A stretch of DNA of 64,000 nucleotides from an uncultured Actinomycetes bacterium (GTDB lineage Bacteria > Actinomycetota > Acidimicrobiia > Acidimicrobiales > CAVRDY01): NCBI GenBank assembly GCA_963719935.1, contig CAVRDY010000008.1, forward strand, positions 74,118 through 138,117, read 5' to 3'. The notes below the pieces were generated by a model. The model was given only the letters and a program-made list of their open reading frames with translations, did no database searches and was not told where the DNA came from. A program made the translations under genes and the position numbers. Below are positions 20,388 to 31,507 of this stretch, in pieces. How positions within the stretch are numbered: the first letter of the stretch is position 1; each line of letters begins with the position of its first letter.

Positions 20388-22025
20388 ATGTCTTCGGGGA
20401 CGCTCGCCGAGCAGGCAGGGCCCGCATCCCCCACCGAGTCCCGGTCCGTTCCGCCCACGAACCGGGCGCGCCTGGCGGGGATGCTTGCCGCAGGGGTGGC
20501 ACTGGGGATCGCCGAACTGGTGTCCTCGTTGTTCGAGGGGTGGCAGTCCCTCGTGGTAAGCGTCGCCAACCAGGTGATCGAACTGGCCCCGGGCACGACC
20601 AGCCAGACTGCGGTCGAGACCCTGGGGCGCGCCGACAAACCCCTGCTGATCGCCGGGACGGTTCTGGTCTGCCTGGGGTCCGGCGCGCTGGTCGGGCCGG
20701 CCACCGCTCGACGACCCTGGGTTGGACCGGCAGCCTTCGCCGCCTTCGCCACCGTCGGGGCCCTGGCCGGCATCGACGACGAGCTGGCCGACGACTGGGG
20801 ATCCGTGCTCACCGCGGCCATCGCCGCTGGAGCGGGACTCACCACCCTTCTCGTGCTCCTGCACGCCGCCGTTCCGGCGCGCCCTTCACCCGATCCCGGC
20901 AGAGACGATCTGGTGGCCGCGGGTGTGTTCGAGTCCCCCACCGACCCCCATGCCACCCGCCGGGCCTTCTTCGGTTGGTCGGCGGCGGCCGGTGCGGTGG
21001 CCGCGTCCAGTGCCGGCTTGGCACGGGTCGTTCGAGGGCCGTCACCCGCGGAGGAGGCCCGGCGACAGGTGGTGCTGGGCGATGCCCCGGGAGGCTCCGG
21101 CGGGGCCGCTTCCCTTCCCACTGGGCTCGAGACCGACATCGAGGGCCTCAGCCCTCTCATCACGCCAAACGACGACTTCTACCGCATCGACACGGCCCTA
21201 TTGGTGCCCCAAGTGGTGCCCGACGGCTGGCAGCTCTCCATCACCGGCATGGTCGACCGCCCCCTCGTGATCTCCTACCAAGATCTGCTCGATCGGGCCA
21301 CCGAGACCTGGGAGGTGACGCTGTCCTGCGTCTCCAACGAGGTGGGGGGCAACCTGGTGGGTACAGCCCGGTGGCAGGGCGTTGCCCTCGCCGATCTGCT
21401 CGACGAGGCCGGAATCCAACCCGATGCCTCACAGGTCGTGGGTCGCTCCGTGGACGGCTGGACAGCCGGTTTCCCCACCGAGGTTGCCAGGGACGGCCGT
21501 CCCGCCTTCGTGGCGGTGGGCATGAACGGCGAACCGCTGCCCGTCGCCCACGGCTTCCCGGCCCGGCTGGTGGTGGCAGGGTTGTACGGGTACGTGTCGG
21601 CCACCAAGTGGCTGTCCGAGATAGAAGTGACCACCTGGGAGGCCTTCGACGGGTACTGGATCCCCCGAGGCTGGTCGAAGGAGGGCCCCATCCTCACCCA
21701 GTCCCGCATCGACGTCCCGGCGGCAGGCTCGACCTTGGAGGCCGGCCGCCAAGCCGTCGCCGGGGTGGCCTGGGCCGGAGAACGGGGGGTCAGCGCCGTC
21801 GAGGTGCAGGTAGACGACGGCGAGTGGCGCCCCGCCCGCCTGGGCGAGGAACTGGCCACCACGACCTGGCGACAGTGGGTGCTGGACTGGGACGCCGGGC
21901 CGGGAAAGCACACCTTGCGGGTGCGCTCCACCGATGGCACCGGTGACACTCAGACCGGTGAGCGCCGCCGCCCCGCGCCCTCGGGAGCGACAGGCTGGGA
22001 CGAGATCACCGTCACCGTGCGCTGA
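20388..22025 (+). CDS. Membrane-bound molybdopterin oxidoreductase, sulfite oxidase/MsrP family
   Basis: N-terminal TM helices, internal TRRAFF, ITPNDDFYRID, LSCVSNEVGG, HGFPARLVV and SATKWL. Confidence 0.9.
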   Translation: MSSGTLAEQAGPASPTESRSVPPTNRARLAGMLAAGVALGIAELVSSLFEGWQSLVVSVANQVIELAPGTTSQTAVETLGRADKPLLIAGTVLVCLGSGALVGPATARRPWVGPAAFAAFATVGALAGIDDELADDWGSVLTAAIAAGAGLTTLLVLLHAAVPARPSPDPGRDDLVAAGVFESPTDPHATRRAFFGWSAAAGAVAASSAGLARVVRGPSPAEEARRQVVLGDAPGGSGGAASLPTGLETDIEGLSPLITPNDDFYRIDTALLVPQVVPDGWQLSITGMVDRPLVISYQDLLDRATETWEVTLSCVSNEVGGNLVGTARWQGVALADLLDEAGIQPDASQVVGRSVDGWTAGFPTEVARDGRPAFVAVGMNGEPLPVAHGFPARLVVAGLYGYVSATKWLSEIEVTTWEAFDGYWIPRGWSKEGPILTQSRIDVPAAGSTLEAGRQAVAGVAWAGERGVSAVEVQVDDGEWRPARLGEELATTTWRQWVLDWDAGPGKHTLRVRSTDGTGDTQTGERRRPAPSGATGWDEITVTVR

Positions 22026-22091
22026 CCGGCGCCCGGTGCCAGCTCAGTCTCAGCGGCTCGGTCTCAACGCCAGCGGCTCAGCGCCGGCGGC

Positions 22092-23057
22092 TCAGGGCGT
22101 CAGCACGACCTTGCCGAAGACCTCGCCCGCTTCCAGGGCTGCGAAGGCGGCCTGGGCCTCGGTCAGCGGCAGCACCCGGTCGATCGCCGGTCGCACCCCG
22201 GTGGTGACGCAGAACCGGGCCAGGCGCTCGAGCTCCTGGCGGTTGCCCATGGTGGAGCCCACGACCTGGAGCTGGAGGAAGAAGATCCTGGTCAGCTCGG
22301 CGGGCGGGTTGGGTCCGCTGGTCGCCCCTGAGATGACGATGCGTCCGCCGGGGCGCAAGGCGCGCACGGAGTGCTCCCAGGTGGCGGCCCCAACCGTCTC
22401 CATTACGGCATCGACCCGGTCGGGCAGTCGGGCACCGGCCTCGAACACGGCGTCGGCTCCCAGGGCCAGGGCCCGCTCACGCCGGTCGGCACTGCGGCCC
22501 GTGACCCACATGCGGTAGCCGGCAGCGGAACCCAGAGCCACGAGGGCCGTCGCCACTCCGCCCCCCGCCCCCTGCACCAACACTGTGCTTCCCGGGGCCG
22601 CACCACTGTTGGTGAACAGCATCCGGTAGGCCGTGAGCCAGGCGGTTGGTAGGCAGGCAGCCTCCTCGAAGCTGAGCTCTGGGGGCTTGGGCACAAGGTT
22701 GCGCGCCGGGACGGCCACCCGCTCGGCCAGGGTGCCCGGATGCAGTTCGGAGAGCAGCGAACGCCTGGGGTCGAGGGTCTCCTCACCCGACCAGCCTGCC
22801 GAGGCCACCACGGAGTGGACGATCACCTCGTTTCCCTCGGGATCAAGGCCTGCCGCGTCACATCCCAGGATCATGGGCAGCCTGTCCTCGCTCATGCCCA
22901 CACCCCGCAACGTCCACAGGTCGTGATGGTTGAGCGACGCCGCCCGCACTTCCACCGTGGTCCATCCCGGCGGTACCTCGGGTTCGGGCCGCTCACCGAC
23001 CTCCAGGCCGACCAGGGGGTCGTCCGGGTGGATGGACACCACGCTCACTGCTCGCAT
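22092..23057 (-). CDS. Zinc-binding alcohol dehydrogenase / quinone oxidoreductase (MDR)
   Basis: ASLNHHDLW, GCDAAG, PTAWLTAY, GAGGGVA and FGKVVL. Confidence 0.9.
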   Translation of the reverse strand: MRAVSVVSIHPDDPLVGLEVGERPEPEVPPGWTTVEVRAASLNHHDLWTLRGVGMSEDRLPMILGCDAAGLDPEGNEVIVHSVVASAGWSGEETLDPRRSLLSELHPGTLAERVAVPARNLVPKPPELSFEEAACLPTAWLTAYRMLFTNSGAAPGSTVLVQGAGGGVATALVALGSAAGYRMWVTGRSADRRERALALGADAVFEAGARLPDRVDAVMETVGAATWEHSVRALRPGGRIVISGATSGPNPPAELTRIFFLQLQVVGSTMGNRQELERLARFCVTTGVRPAIDRVLPLTEAQAAFAALEAGEVFGKVVLTP

Positions 23058-23230
23058 GGGCTCGGAGCCTACCCGGCGTGCCGAACCGGACCGGACGGCC
23101 CCGAACCAGCCGAGCCTGTGTCGGCACGGCTCTCCGACGGCCCGGCTTGGCCACCCAGGGGCCCGGGTGCTGGACTGCCGGCAAACGCCGCCACCACTTC
23201 CGGCGAACGCCACCACCAGGGGGATCCACC

Positions 23231-24122
23231 ATGAGTGCAGCCGACGAAACCGCAGGAGCGTTGCAGGGCAAGGCGGTCGTGGTCACAGGAGGTGCTTCCG
23301 GGATCGGGCGGGCGATGGTGCGGCGCTTCCTCTCCGACGGTGCCCGGGTGGCGATGGGTGACCTGAACGGTGCCAACGCAGCGGACCTGGCCGAAGAGAT
23401 GACCGGCGCCGGTCACGGCAACCGGCTGCGCTGCCGAACCACCGACGTGGCCGACGAGGACCAGGTGGCCGCGCTGGTGGCCGACGCCGTCGAGCACTTC
23501 GGAGGCCTCGACATCATGTGCAACAACGCCGGCGTCGGCGGTGCCTTCGGCCCGATCACCGACACCGAACTGGCCGACTGGGACTACACGATGGGCATCC
23601 TGGTGACCGGGGTGTTCCTGGGCACCAAGCATGCCGCCCGGGCCATGCGAGCCCGCGGGTCGAGGGGGGTCGATCATCAACACTGCTTCGGTGGCCGGGC
23701 TCAGTGGCGGTGCCGCCCCCCACGCCTACAGCGCGGCCAAGGCGGCGGTGATCAACCTGACCCGGACCACGGCCATGGAGCTGGCCGCCGACCACATCCG
23801 CGTCAACGCCCTCTGCCCCGGTGCCATCAACACCCCGCTCATCAACCTGGGCAACCCCGACGCCATGGGTCAGGTGTTCGACACCGTCCAACCCTGGCCA
23901 CGGCACGGCACCCCCGACGACGTGGCCGGCGCGGCCGCATTCCTGGCCGGAGACGACGCCGCCTTCGTCACCGGCGCCCACCTCGTGGTGGACGGTGGAC
24001 TGGTCGCCGCAGGAGCCAACCTGCTGGAGAGCATGGGCGGCGGGGCTCTCACGGGCCTGGTGGGAGTGTCACGGGGGTCAACCGGCCAGGGCGCCGACTT
24101 CCGTCCGGTCACCGGCGATTGA
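23231..24122 (+). CDS. SDR-family oxidoreductase (frameshift near 23665)
   Basis: TGGASGIG, NNAG, YSAAK and IRVNALCPG. Confidence 0.9.
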
Positions 24123-25562
24123 CGCCTGCTCGACAACCGGTCCCGGCCGCCACCGCCGCCAGGCCGCGTCGAGTCCGACTCCCCCCAAGAGCACTTGGGC
24201 CAGGTCTATGGGGATCCGGTAGCGAGTGATGCCGATGGTGAGCGCCACCGCGATGGTGGAGGCCACCATGAGGGCCAGGAAGGGTGTGATCGGCAGCCGC
24301 CGACGGCGAAGCTCCAACAGCCCGAAGCTCGCGGGAACAAGCAGTGCCCAGAACATCAGCAGTCCGAGCAACGACGGAAGCCGGCCCCGTCCCTCGCTGT
24401 GGGTGTCGAGGTCGACACCCTGGAACGGCCGATAGACGTTCCACACCCGACCTATCCTGGCCGCGACCACGAGCGGGACGCGGTCCAGATTGGCTCGTGC
24501 GTAGTCCATGCCCTGTTCGTACCAGCGCTGGTAGGTGACAGACTCGTCCCCGGGAATGCGGAGGCAACGTTGCATGACGCACTCGAAGTCGCCTTCGGCA
24601 CAGGTGCAGGCCCGCGGACGCATGCGCTCGTAATCCAGGTCGTGGAACTCGGGGGGGAGGCACAGGAGGTTGTGGTAGCCGAGCAGGCCACCCGAGTAGA
24701 CGAGGTCGCAGTTGGCGGTCAACGTTCCGGGCCCCGGCGGCGGCCCCAGCAAGACCGGCTCCTCGAAGCGTGAGAGGTTGAAACCGGCCCAGGGCACGAG
24801 AACGAGGACCAGGGCCCCGGCCGCCAGCGAGAAGAGGTACAGCCGGCGGGTCAGCGGCACCCAGCGCATCCCCACCAGGAGTGGAACCAGGAGCCACCCG
24901 CCATAGGCCAGGCCCTCATAGCGGGTGAGGGTTGCCAGCCCCATGGCAGCACCGAGCAGGAGTGCGTGGCGCGCTGTCGGTCGGGCCCATGTGGCGTAGG
25001 CCGCAGCCAACATCCCCAGGAGGCACAGGACGTATAGCGACTCCGCCATCACAGTGCCGTCGGCGATCCACAGGCTGGGGTTGACCGCAGCCAGCGCCGC
25101 GGCCAGCAGTCCGGCGCGGTGCCCCGCCAGGCGGCGCACCAGCAGGCCGGCGCACAGGACGACGGCGGCACCGATCAGCGTCGTCACCAGACGGGCACCC
25201 AGGTAGGAGTCGGCCCCGAACAACGACCAGAACCCGAGGTAGAGGACGTACAGCGGTGGCTTCATGGCTGTCGGCTGCGAAACCCCGTACACCTCGTGGA
25301 ATACGGGTTGCACGAAGAGCTCTCCCTTGACCAGCAGTCGTGCCTCTCCCAAGAAGAGCTGCCCGTCCCCCGTGGGAAGCCGATTGCCCCGGCCGAGGAT
25401 GACGAAAAGGATCCGTAGCACCAGCGAGCCGGCGGTGAGGAGATAGAGCCGGCGCAGGAACAACCCGAAGTCGACAGGGTCCTTCGGTCGGCGCAGCCGA
25501 GCCCGGGCCTGCTGTTGAGCCGGAGAGGCCGGCCCCACCGCGAGTGCCCTCAGACTCCTCAT
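24078..25562 (-). CDS. GT-C fold (ArnT/PMT_2-like) membrane glycosyltransferase
   Basis: Multi-TM; GD, KPPLY, MAESLY, LATLTRYE and TRYRIP. Confidence 0.75.
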   Translation of the reverse strand: MRSLRALAVGPASPAQQQARARLRRPKDPVDFGLFLRRLYLLTAGSLVLRILFVILGRGNRLPTGDGQLFLGEARLLVKGELFVQPVFHEVYGVSQPTAMKPPLYVLYLGFWSLFGADSYLGARLVTTLIGAAVVLCAGLLVRRLAGHRAGLLAAALAAVNPSLWIADGTVMAESLYVLCLLGMLAAAYATWARPTARHALLLGAAMGLATLTRYEGLAYGGWLLVPLLVGMRWVPLTRRLYLFSLAAGALVLVLVPWAGFNLSRFEEPVLLGPPPGPGTLTANCDLVYSGGLLGYHNLLCLPPEFHDLDYERMRPRACTCAEGDFECVMQRCLRIPGDESVTYQRWYEQGMDYARANLDRVPLVVAARIGRVWNVYRPFQGVDLDTHSEGRGRLPSLLGLLMFWALLVPASFGLLELRRRRLPITPFLALMVASTIAVALTIGITRYRIPIDLAQVLLGGVGLDAAWRRWRPGPVVEQASIAGDRTEVGALAG

Positions 25563-27042
25563 GTGTGCACCGTCTCCGGCTCCTCCACTCTCGGAGGAAC
25601 CGTGTACCGGTCACGCCACAAGACCTCGACCCCCACCGCTGCCGCGATGACCAGCCCGACATCGATTGGGATCCGGTAACGCGTGACTCCCATGGTGGCA
25701 GCCACGGCCCAGGTAGGGACCACGAACAGTGCCACCAGCGGCGAGATGGGGATCTTGTGGCGACGGAGTGTCACCAACCCCACGATCGCCAGCGGAACCA
25801 GGGCCCAGAAGAGGACCAAACCAAGCAGGGAGGGCAACCATCCGCGCCCCTCGAGAACGTGTGTCCAGGTCGAGGCCCTGGAGGGGCCGGAAGACGTTCC
25901 AGATCCGCCCGACGCGCGCCGCCACCACCACAGGCACCTGCCGGGGGTGCTCGCGGACGTAGTCGAGTCCCTGCTCATGCATGTAGTCGAAGAGCTGAGA
26001 CTCGTCGGGCATCAGGCTCAGGCACCTGTCGACGAGACACTGCCTGTCACCCACCGGGCATGGGCAGCCCCGCACGAGAGCCGCCACCTCGTCCTCGGCG
26101 ATCGAGGCGCAGCCCAGGTCGTGGTATCCGAGCAAGGGTCCGCTGTAGGTGGTGTCGCAGTTGGCCGACATGGTGAGCGGTCCCGGCGAGGGGCCCAGCA
26201 ACACGGGCTCCTCGAAACGGCCCAGGTTGTAGGCCGACCAAGGCGCCATGCAGCCAACCACCACCAGGCTGCTCACCGTGAACAGGTACACCTTCGTGCT
26301 CGGCCGCCGCGGCAGACCGACGAACAGCGGGATGGCCAGGGGAAGGAAGGCCAGCCCCTCATAGCGGGTGAGGGCCGCCAGGCCGATGATCGCCCCGAGA
26401 ACGGCAGCTCGACCGACCTCGGGGCGATCCCAGAGCCGGTACGAGGCCCACACCGTGCCGGCCACGCACACGGCATACATGGATTCCGAGAGAAGTGAGG
26501 CATCAGCTATCCACAGGCTCGGGTTCGCCGCGGCCAGGACAGCGGCCACCAGACCGGCGCGAGAGCCGGCCAGGCGGTACACCACCCACCCGCACACGGG
26601 AACCACGGCAACACCGACAAGGGTCGACACGAGGCGCTGACCCTCGTATGAGTCGACGCCCACCAGCGACCACCCGGCCAGATAGACCGTGTACAAGGGT
26701 GCCTTCATGGCCATGGGCCAGGACAGGCCGATGGAGTCGTACAGGGTCGGGTAGATGAAGGCCTTTCCCTCCGCCAGCAGACGCGCGTCTGCCGCTGAAC
26801 AGAACCCCGTCGCCGATGGGCTCTGAGTCCCCCCGCCCGACAACGACGAAAACGACACGCCACAGCCAAGCCACCGCCGTGATCACCAGCAGCCGCCGAG
26901 CGAAGTAGGCGCGGGTCGCGACCGACGGCTCCTCCGACGCGAGCGAGGGCCGGGCGCGAACCGCTGGCTGGGTAGCATCGCTCACAGGCGCCGATGGTAC
27001 CGGTCGACCACGGCTTGACGATGTGCGGTCACCCGTCGACAC
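25559..27042 (-). CDS. Second GT-C glycosyltransferase paralog (frameshifts near 26790 and 25860)
   Basis: Same motifs (KAPLY, LSESMY, LTRYE, TRYRIP) split over three frames. Confidence 0.7.
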
Positions 27043-27098
27043 TGTCGACCGACGCGGCCTCGGGCGGTGGCCGCGGGGTGGACCACTTCGGGAGAACC

Positions 27099-28504
27099 AT
27101 GACCAGCATCGCCGCAGCCTCCACGCTCATCGATCGCCTGACCGAGATCGTCGGCGCCCAGCACGTGCTCTCCGGAGACGCCATCGGAGCCGACTACACC
27201 CACGACGAGGCCCTCACCGTGCCCCCGGGGGAACCCATGGCAGTGGCACGCCCGGCCGACACCGCCCAGGTCGCCGCCGTTCTGGGCGTGGCGGATGAGC
27301 TGGACGTCCCGGTCACCGCCCGGGGAGCAGGCACCGGGCTCTCGGGTGCGTGCCGACCCCGTGACCGGTGGCCTGGTCGTCTCGTTCGAGCGCATGGACG
27401 CCATCCTCGAGATCGACACCGACAACCACCTGGCCGTGGTTCAGCCCGGGGTACGCCTCGACCAACTCGACGAGGCCCTGGCCGCCCACGACCTCGTCTA
27501 CCCGGTGTTCCCCGGCGAGTACTCGGCCGTCGCTCGGCGGCAACGTCAACACCAACGCCGGGGGCATGCGGGCCGTGAAGTACGGCGTCACCCGCCACCA
27601 CGTGCTCGGCCTCGAGGCCGTGCTGGCCACCGGCGAGGTGATCCGTACCGGTGGCCGGGTCGTGAAGCTGTCCACCGGCTACGACCTCACCCAGCTCATC
27701 ATCGGATCCGAGGGCACCCTGGCCCTCGTCACCGAGGCCGTGCTCAAGGCTGTATCCCCGAGCACCCTTCGGGGCCACGGTGCTGGCTCCCTTCGCCACC
27801 CTCGAACGAGGTCACCGACGCCGTCCCCCGGATCGTGGCCAGCGGTATCGGGCCGCTGATGCTCGAGTACATCGACATGCTGACCATGGCTGCAGCCACC
27901 GCCTACGTCGGCCTCGACCTCGGCATCCCCCAGGACATCAAGGACACCGCACTCGCCTACCTCGTGGTCGGGATGGAGATCGAGCCACGAAGACCGGCTC
28001 GACCAGGACGTGGCCGACCGTGTCGGGCGAGCTGATTCGAGCTCGGCGCCATCGACGTCTACGTCCTGCCCCCCGCGTCGGCCAGCGTCGCTCATCGACG
28101 CCCGCGAGAAGGCCTTCTGGGTGGCCAAGGCCAACGGCGCCGACGACATCGTCGACGTCGTGGTGCCCCGAGCGTCGATCCCCGACGTTCATGGCCCGGG
28201 TGGCCGAGATCGCCTCCGAGCACGGATCGTGGATCGCCGGGTGCGGTCACGCCGGTGACGGCAACGTCCACCTGGCCGTCTTCCAGCAGGATCCCGAGGT
28301 GCGGTCGCCAGGTCATGACCGAGCTGTTCCGTGCCGGTATGGATCTGGGCGGCGCCATCTCGTGGCGAGCACGGTCTCGGTACCGAGAAGAAGCGCGTAC
28401 TTCCTCGAGCCTTCGAGGACCCGGCCAAGATCGAGCTGATGCGACGCATCAAGGCCGCCTTCGACCCCAACGGCATCCTCAACCCCGGCAAGGTCTTCGA
28501 CTGA
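27099..28504 (+). CDS. FAD-linked oxidase (GlcD/D-lactate dehydrogenase-like), many frameshifts
   Basis: [20 protein letters not shown]...[20 protein letters not shown] and [11 protein letters not shown]. Confidence 0.85.
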
Positions 28505-28544
28505 AGCCGCACCACAGCCCCAACTCCCACGAGAGGACGACACG

Positions 28545-30113
28545 ATGACCATGAACGGCGCACAGGCACTCATCCGCACGCTCGTCGACTGCGGCGTCGA
28601 CGTGTGCTTCATGAACCCCGGTACCTCCGAGATGCACTTCGTCGCCGCGCTCGACGACGTGCCCGAGATGCGCGGCGTGCTGGGCCTCTTCGAGGGCGTG
28701 GCCACCGGCGCCGCCGACGGCTACGCCCGCATGGCGGACCGGCCCGCCGCGGTGCTGCTGCACCTCGGTCCCGGGCTCGGCAACGGCCTGGCCAACCTGC
28801 ACAACGCCCGCAAGGGCAAGGTCCCCGTCGTCAACATCGTCGGCGACCACGCCACCTACCACCAGCAGTACGACGCTCAGCTCCAGTCCGACATCGAGAC
28901 CGTGGCCCGCAACGTGTCGTCCTGGATCCGCGTGTCGGCCCGACCCGAGGACGTCGCTGCCGATGCCGCCGACGCCGTGGTCGCGGCCATGGGACCTCCC
29001 GGTCAGGTGGCCACCTTGATCCTGCCGGCGGACGCGAGTTGGTTGCCCGGCGGTGAGCCCGCCAGCCGCCAAGCCACTGGCCGAACGCGCCCCGGTCGGG
29101 TCCGACACCGTCGACGACCTCGCCGAGCATCCTGCGACGGGGCGAACCCGCTGCCCTCCTGGTGGGTGGTTCGGCGTGCCGGACTCCGGCCCTGGTGGCC
29201 GCCAGCCGTGTGGCGACCACCACGGGAGCCAAGCTGTTGTGCGAGACGTTCCCCGCCCGTCTCGAGCGAGGCGCGGGCCGGCCACCGGTCGAGCGCCTCG
29301 CCTACCTGGCCGAGTTCGCCACTGTCGCAGCTCGCAGGGGCTGACGTCACCTGGTCCTGGTCGACGCCAAGGCACCCGTCTCGTTCTTCGCCTACCCCGG
29401 CAAGGCGTCGTACCTGGTTCCCGACGGGTGCGAGGTGCACGTGCTGGCCGACACCGGAGACGACGCCGTCGGCGCGCTCGAGGCGCTGGCCGACGCGGTC
29501 GGCGCGCCGGCCGGCGCGGCACAGCTCCAGGCCGACTCACGCCCCGAGCGGCCCACCGGCGCCCTGACCGCCGAGGCCGTGTGCTCCGCTCTCGGTGCCC
29601 TACTCCCCGAGAGAGCCATCGTCGCCGACGAGGGCAACACCGCGGGCCTGTGGGCTCCCATGTTCACCGCCGGGGCGCCCGCGCCACGACTGGCTGACCC
29701 TGACCGGCGGCGCGATCGGCCAGGGCCTTCCCGCCGCCACCGGTGCGGCGGTGGCCTGTCCGGACCGCCCGGTCGTCTGCCTCCAGGCCGACGGGTCGGC
29801 GCTGTACACGTTCCAGGCGCTGTGGACCCAGGCACGCGAAGGCCTCGACGTCACCACCGTGCTGCTCAACAACGGCTCCTACGCCGTGCTGAACATGGAG
29901 TTGAGCCGGGTCGGAGCCGACGCACCGGGACCCAGGGCCAAGGAGATGCTCGACCTCCACCGGCCCGACCTCGACTTCGTGTCATTGGCCCAGGGCATGG
30001 GCGTACCGGCCAGCCGGGCCACCACCGCCGACGAACTGGTCACCCAACTGGAGCGAGCGCTGACCGAGGACGGCCCCCACCTGGTCGAGGCCATGGTGCC
30101 TCCCCTGATGTGA
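28545..30113 (+). CDS. Thiamine-diphosphate enzyme, acetolactate synthase large subunit-like (frameshifted)
   Basis: [29 protein letters not shown] and QADGS...NNGSY. Confidence 0.85.
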
Positions 30114-31477
30114 AGCTCCGACGGCAACTCCTGAGCGGCGTCGTGGGCGCGGCGCTGCTGGTCGGCACTGTGGCCGTCGGCGCGGCCGGAGCCGCCGACC
30201 CGCCCTGGCACGTGCGACGCCTGCCTCTCGGTGGCATCTCCGGCAGCCCGGCCCCCGGGTCGACGCTGATCCCCTGCAACCAGCCCGGCCCCAAGGTGGT
30301 CCTGACCGCGTCGGCGCACCTGGAGACGGGCTGCATCTACCGGGTTCCCTTCGAGATCAGAGCATCTGACGTGACCCTGGACTGCCAGGGGGCACGCCTG
30401 TACGGCCAGGGATCCCGGGGGATCCTGGTGGCCGCACCCACCACCGAGGCCCTGCACGACGTCACCGTACGCAACTGCAACGTCGAGGGCTGGCTCAACA
30501 ACGTCCGTATCACCCGCGACGGCTTCAAGACGCTACCGGAGGGCGGCGAGTACGAACACGGCTTCGAACGGATCACAGTGGAGAACTCGAGGCTGCTGCG
30601 TTCACGCGGCAGCGGGATCTTCGTGGACGGCTTCGTGACGGGGGTGACCCTGCAAGACCTGGAAGTCGGACTGGCCGGCAGCGTGGGCATCTACCTCGAG
30701 GCGGGCTCTGTGGGCACCGTCGTGCAACGCAGCTGGATACACGACAACGGTTACGGCGACGTGAAGCCCGAGGGCGTCCCTTTCACACTGGGCGGAAAGG
30801 AGTTCCGCTACCTGAGCACTGGGCGGGAAGGAATCGCCGTGGACGGCTCACGCGACAACGTGATCACCGGCAACCGCCTTGACCGCAACTCTGCCGGAGG
30901 CATCTTCGTCTACAAGAACTGCGGCGAGAACGTCTCCGAGCCCGGGTGGTGGACCCGACGGTACGGCTCCACCGGCAACCTCATCGAAGGCAACGTGCTG
31001 CGCTTCCACAGCACCGGCATCTGGCTGGCCAGCCGCCAGTCCGAGAACCAGATGTTCATGGACTGCTCCGACACCCCCTTCCACACGGGGCCCTTCCGGC
31101 GCGTGTTCCACGACCCGGCGACCGACAACGTCGTGCGGGCCAACACCATCAGGTACGCGACCTGGGGAGTACGGGTGGAGGACGACCGCAACCGCATCGA
31201 GGCCAACCGCTTCGAGGGCACCGACCCGTCGGCATGGGCCGTCCTGGTGGGCACCAAGGAGCGCACGCTGCGCCTGGGCCAGCCCGTGAACGGCGTGGAA
31301 CTGATCGGCAATCGCTCCCTGCTACCCCGGACACAGCCCTACGGCTGGATCCACGGCCACACCGGCACCCTCGACACGGGCAACACGGCGATGGGAGCAC
31401 CCGTAGGGCTCGTGGAGGGTGAACAGCCCACCATCAACCCCTTCCTGTTCGTGATCTCGGCCTGGCCAGCGCCCTGA
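30110..31477 (+). CDS. Secreted right-handed parallel beta-helix protein
   Basis: GTG start overlapping upstream stop; signal peptide with RR; repeated GI-x-V/N beta-helix rungs. Confidence 0.75.
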   Translation: MKLRRQLLSGVVGAALLVGTVAVGAAGAADPPWHVRRLPLGGISGSPAPGSTLIPCNQPGPKVVLTASAHLETGCIYRVPFEIRASDVTLDCQGARLYGQGSRGILVAAPTTEALHDVTVRNCNVEGWLNNVRITRDGFKTLPEGGEYEHGFERITVENSRLLRSRGSGIFVDGFVTGVTLQDLEVGLAGSVGIYLEAGSVGTVVQRSWIHDNGYGDVKPEGVPFTLGGKEFRYLSTGREGIAVDGSRDNVITGNRLDRNSAGGIFVYKNCGENVSEPGWWTRRYGSTGNLIEGNVLRFHSTGIWLASRQSENQMFMDCSDTPFHTGPFRRVFHDPATDNVVRANTIRYATWGVRVEDDRNRIEANRFEGTDPSAWAVLVGTKERTLRLGQPVNGVELIGNRSLLPRTQPYGWIHGHTGTLDTGNTAMGAPVGLVEGEQPTINPFLFVISAWPAP

Positions 31478-31507
31478 GCCTCGCGTCAGGAGTACCGGCC
31501 CAACCTC

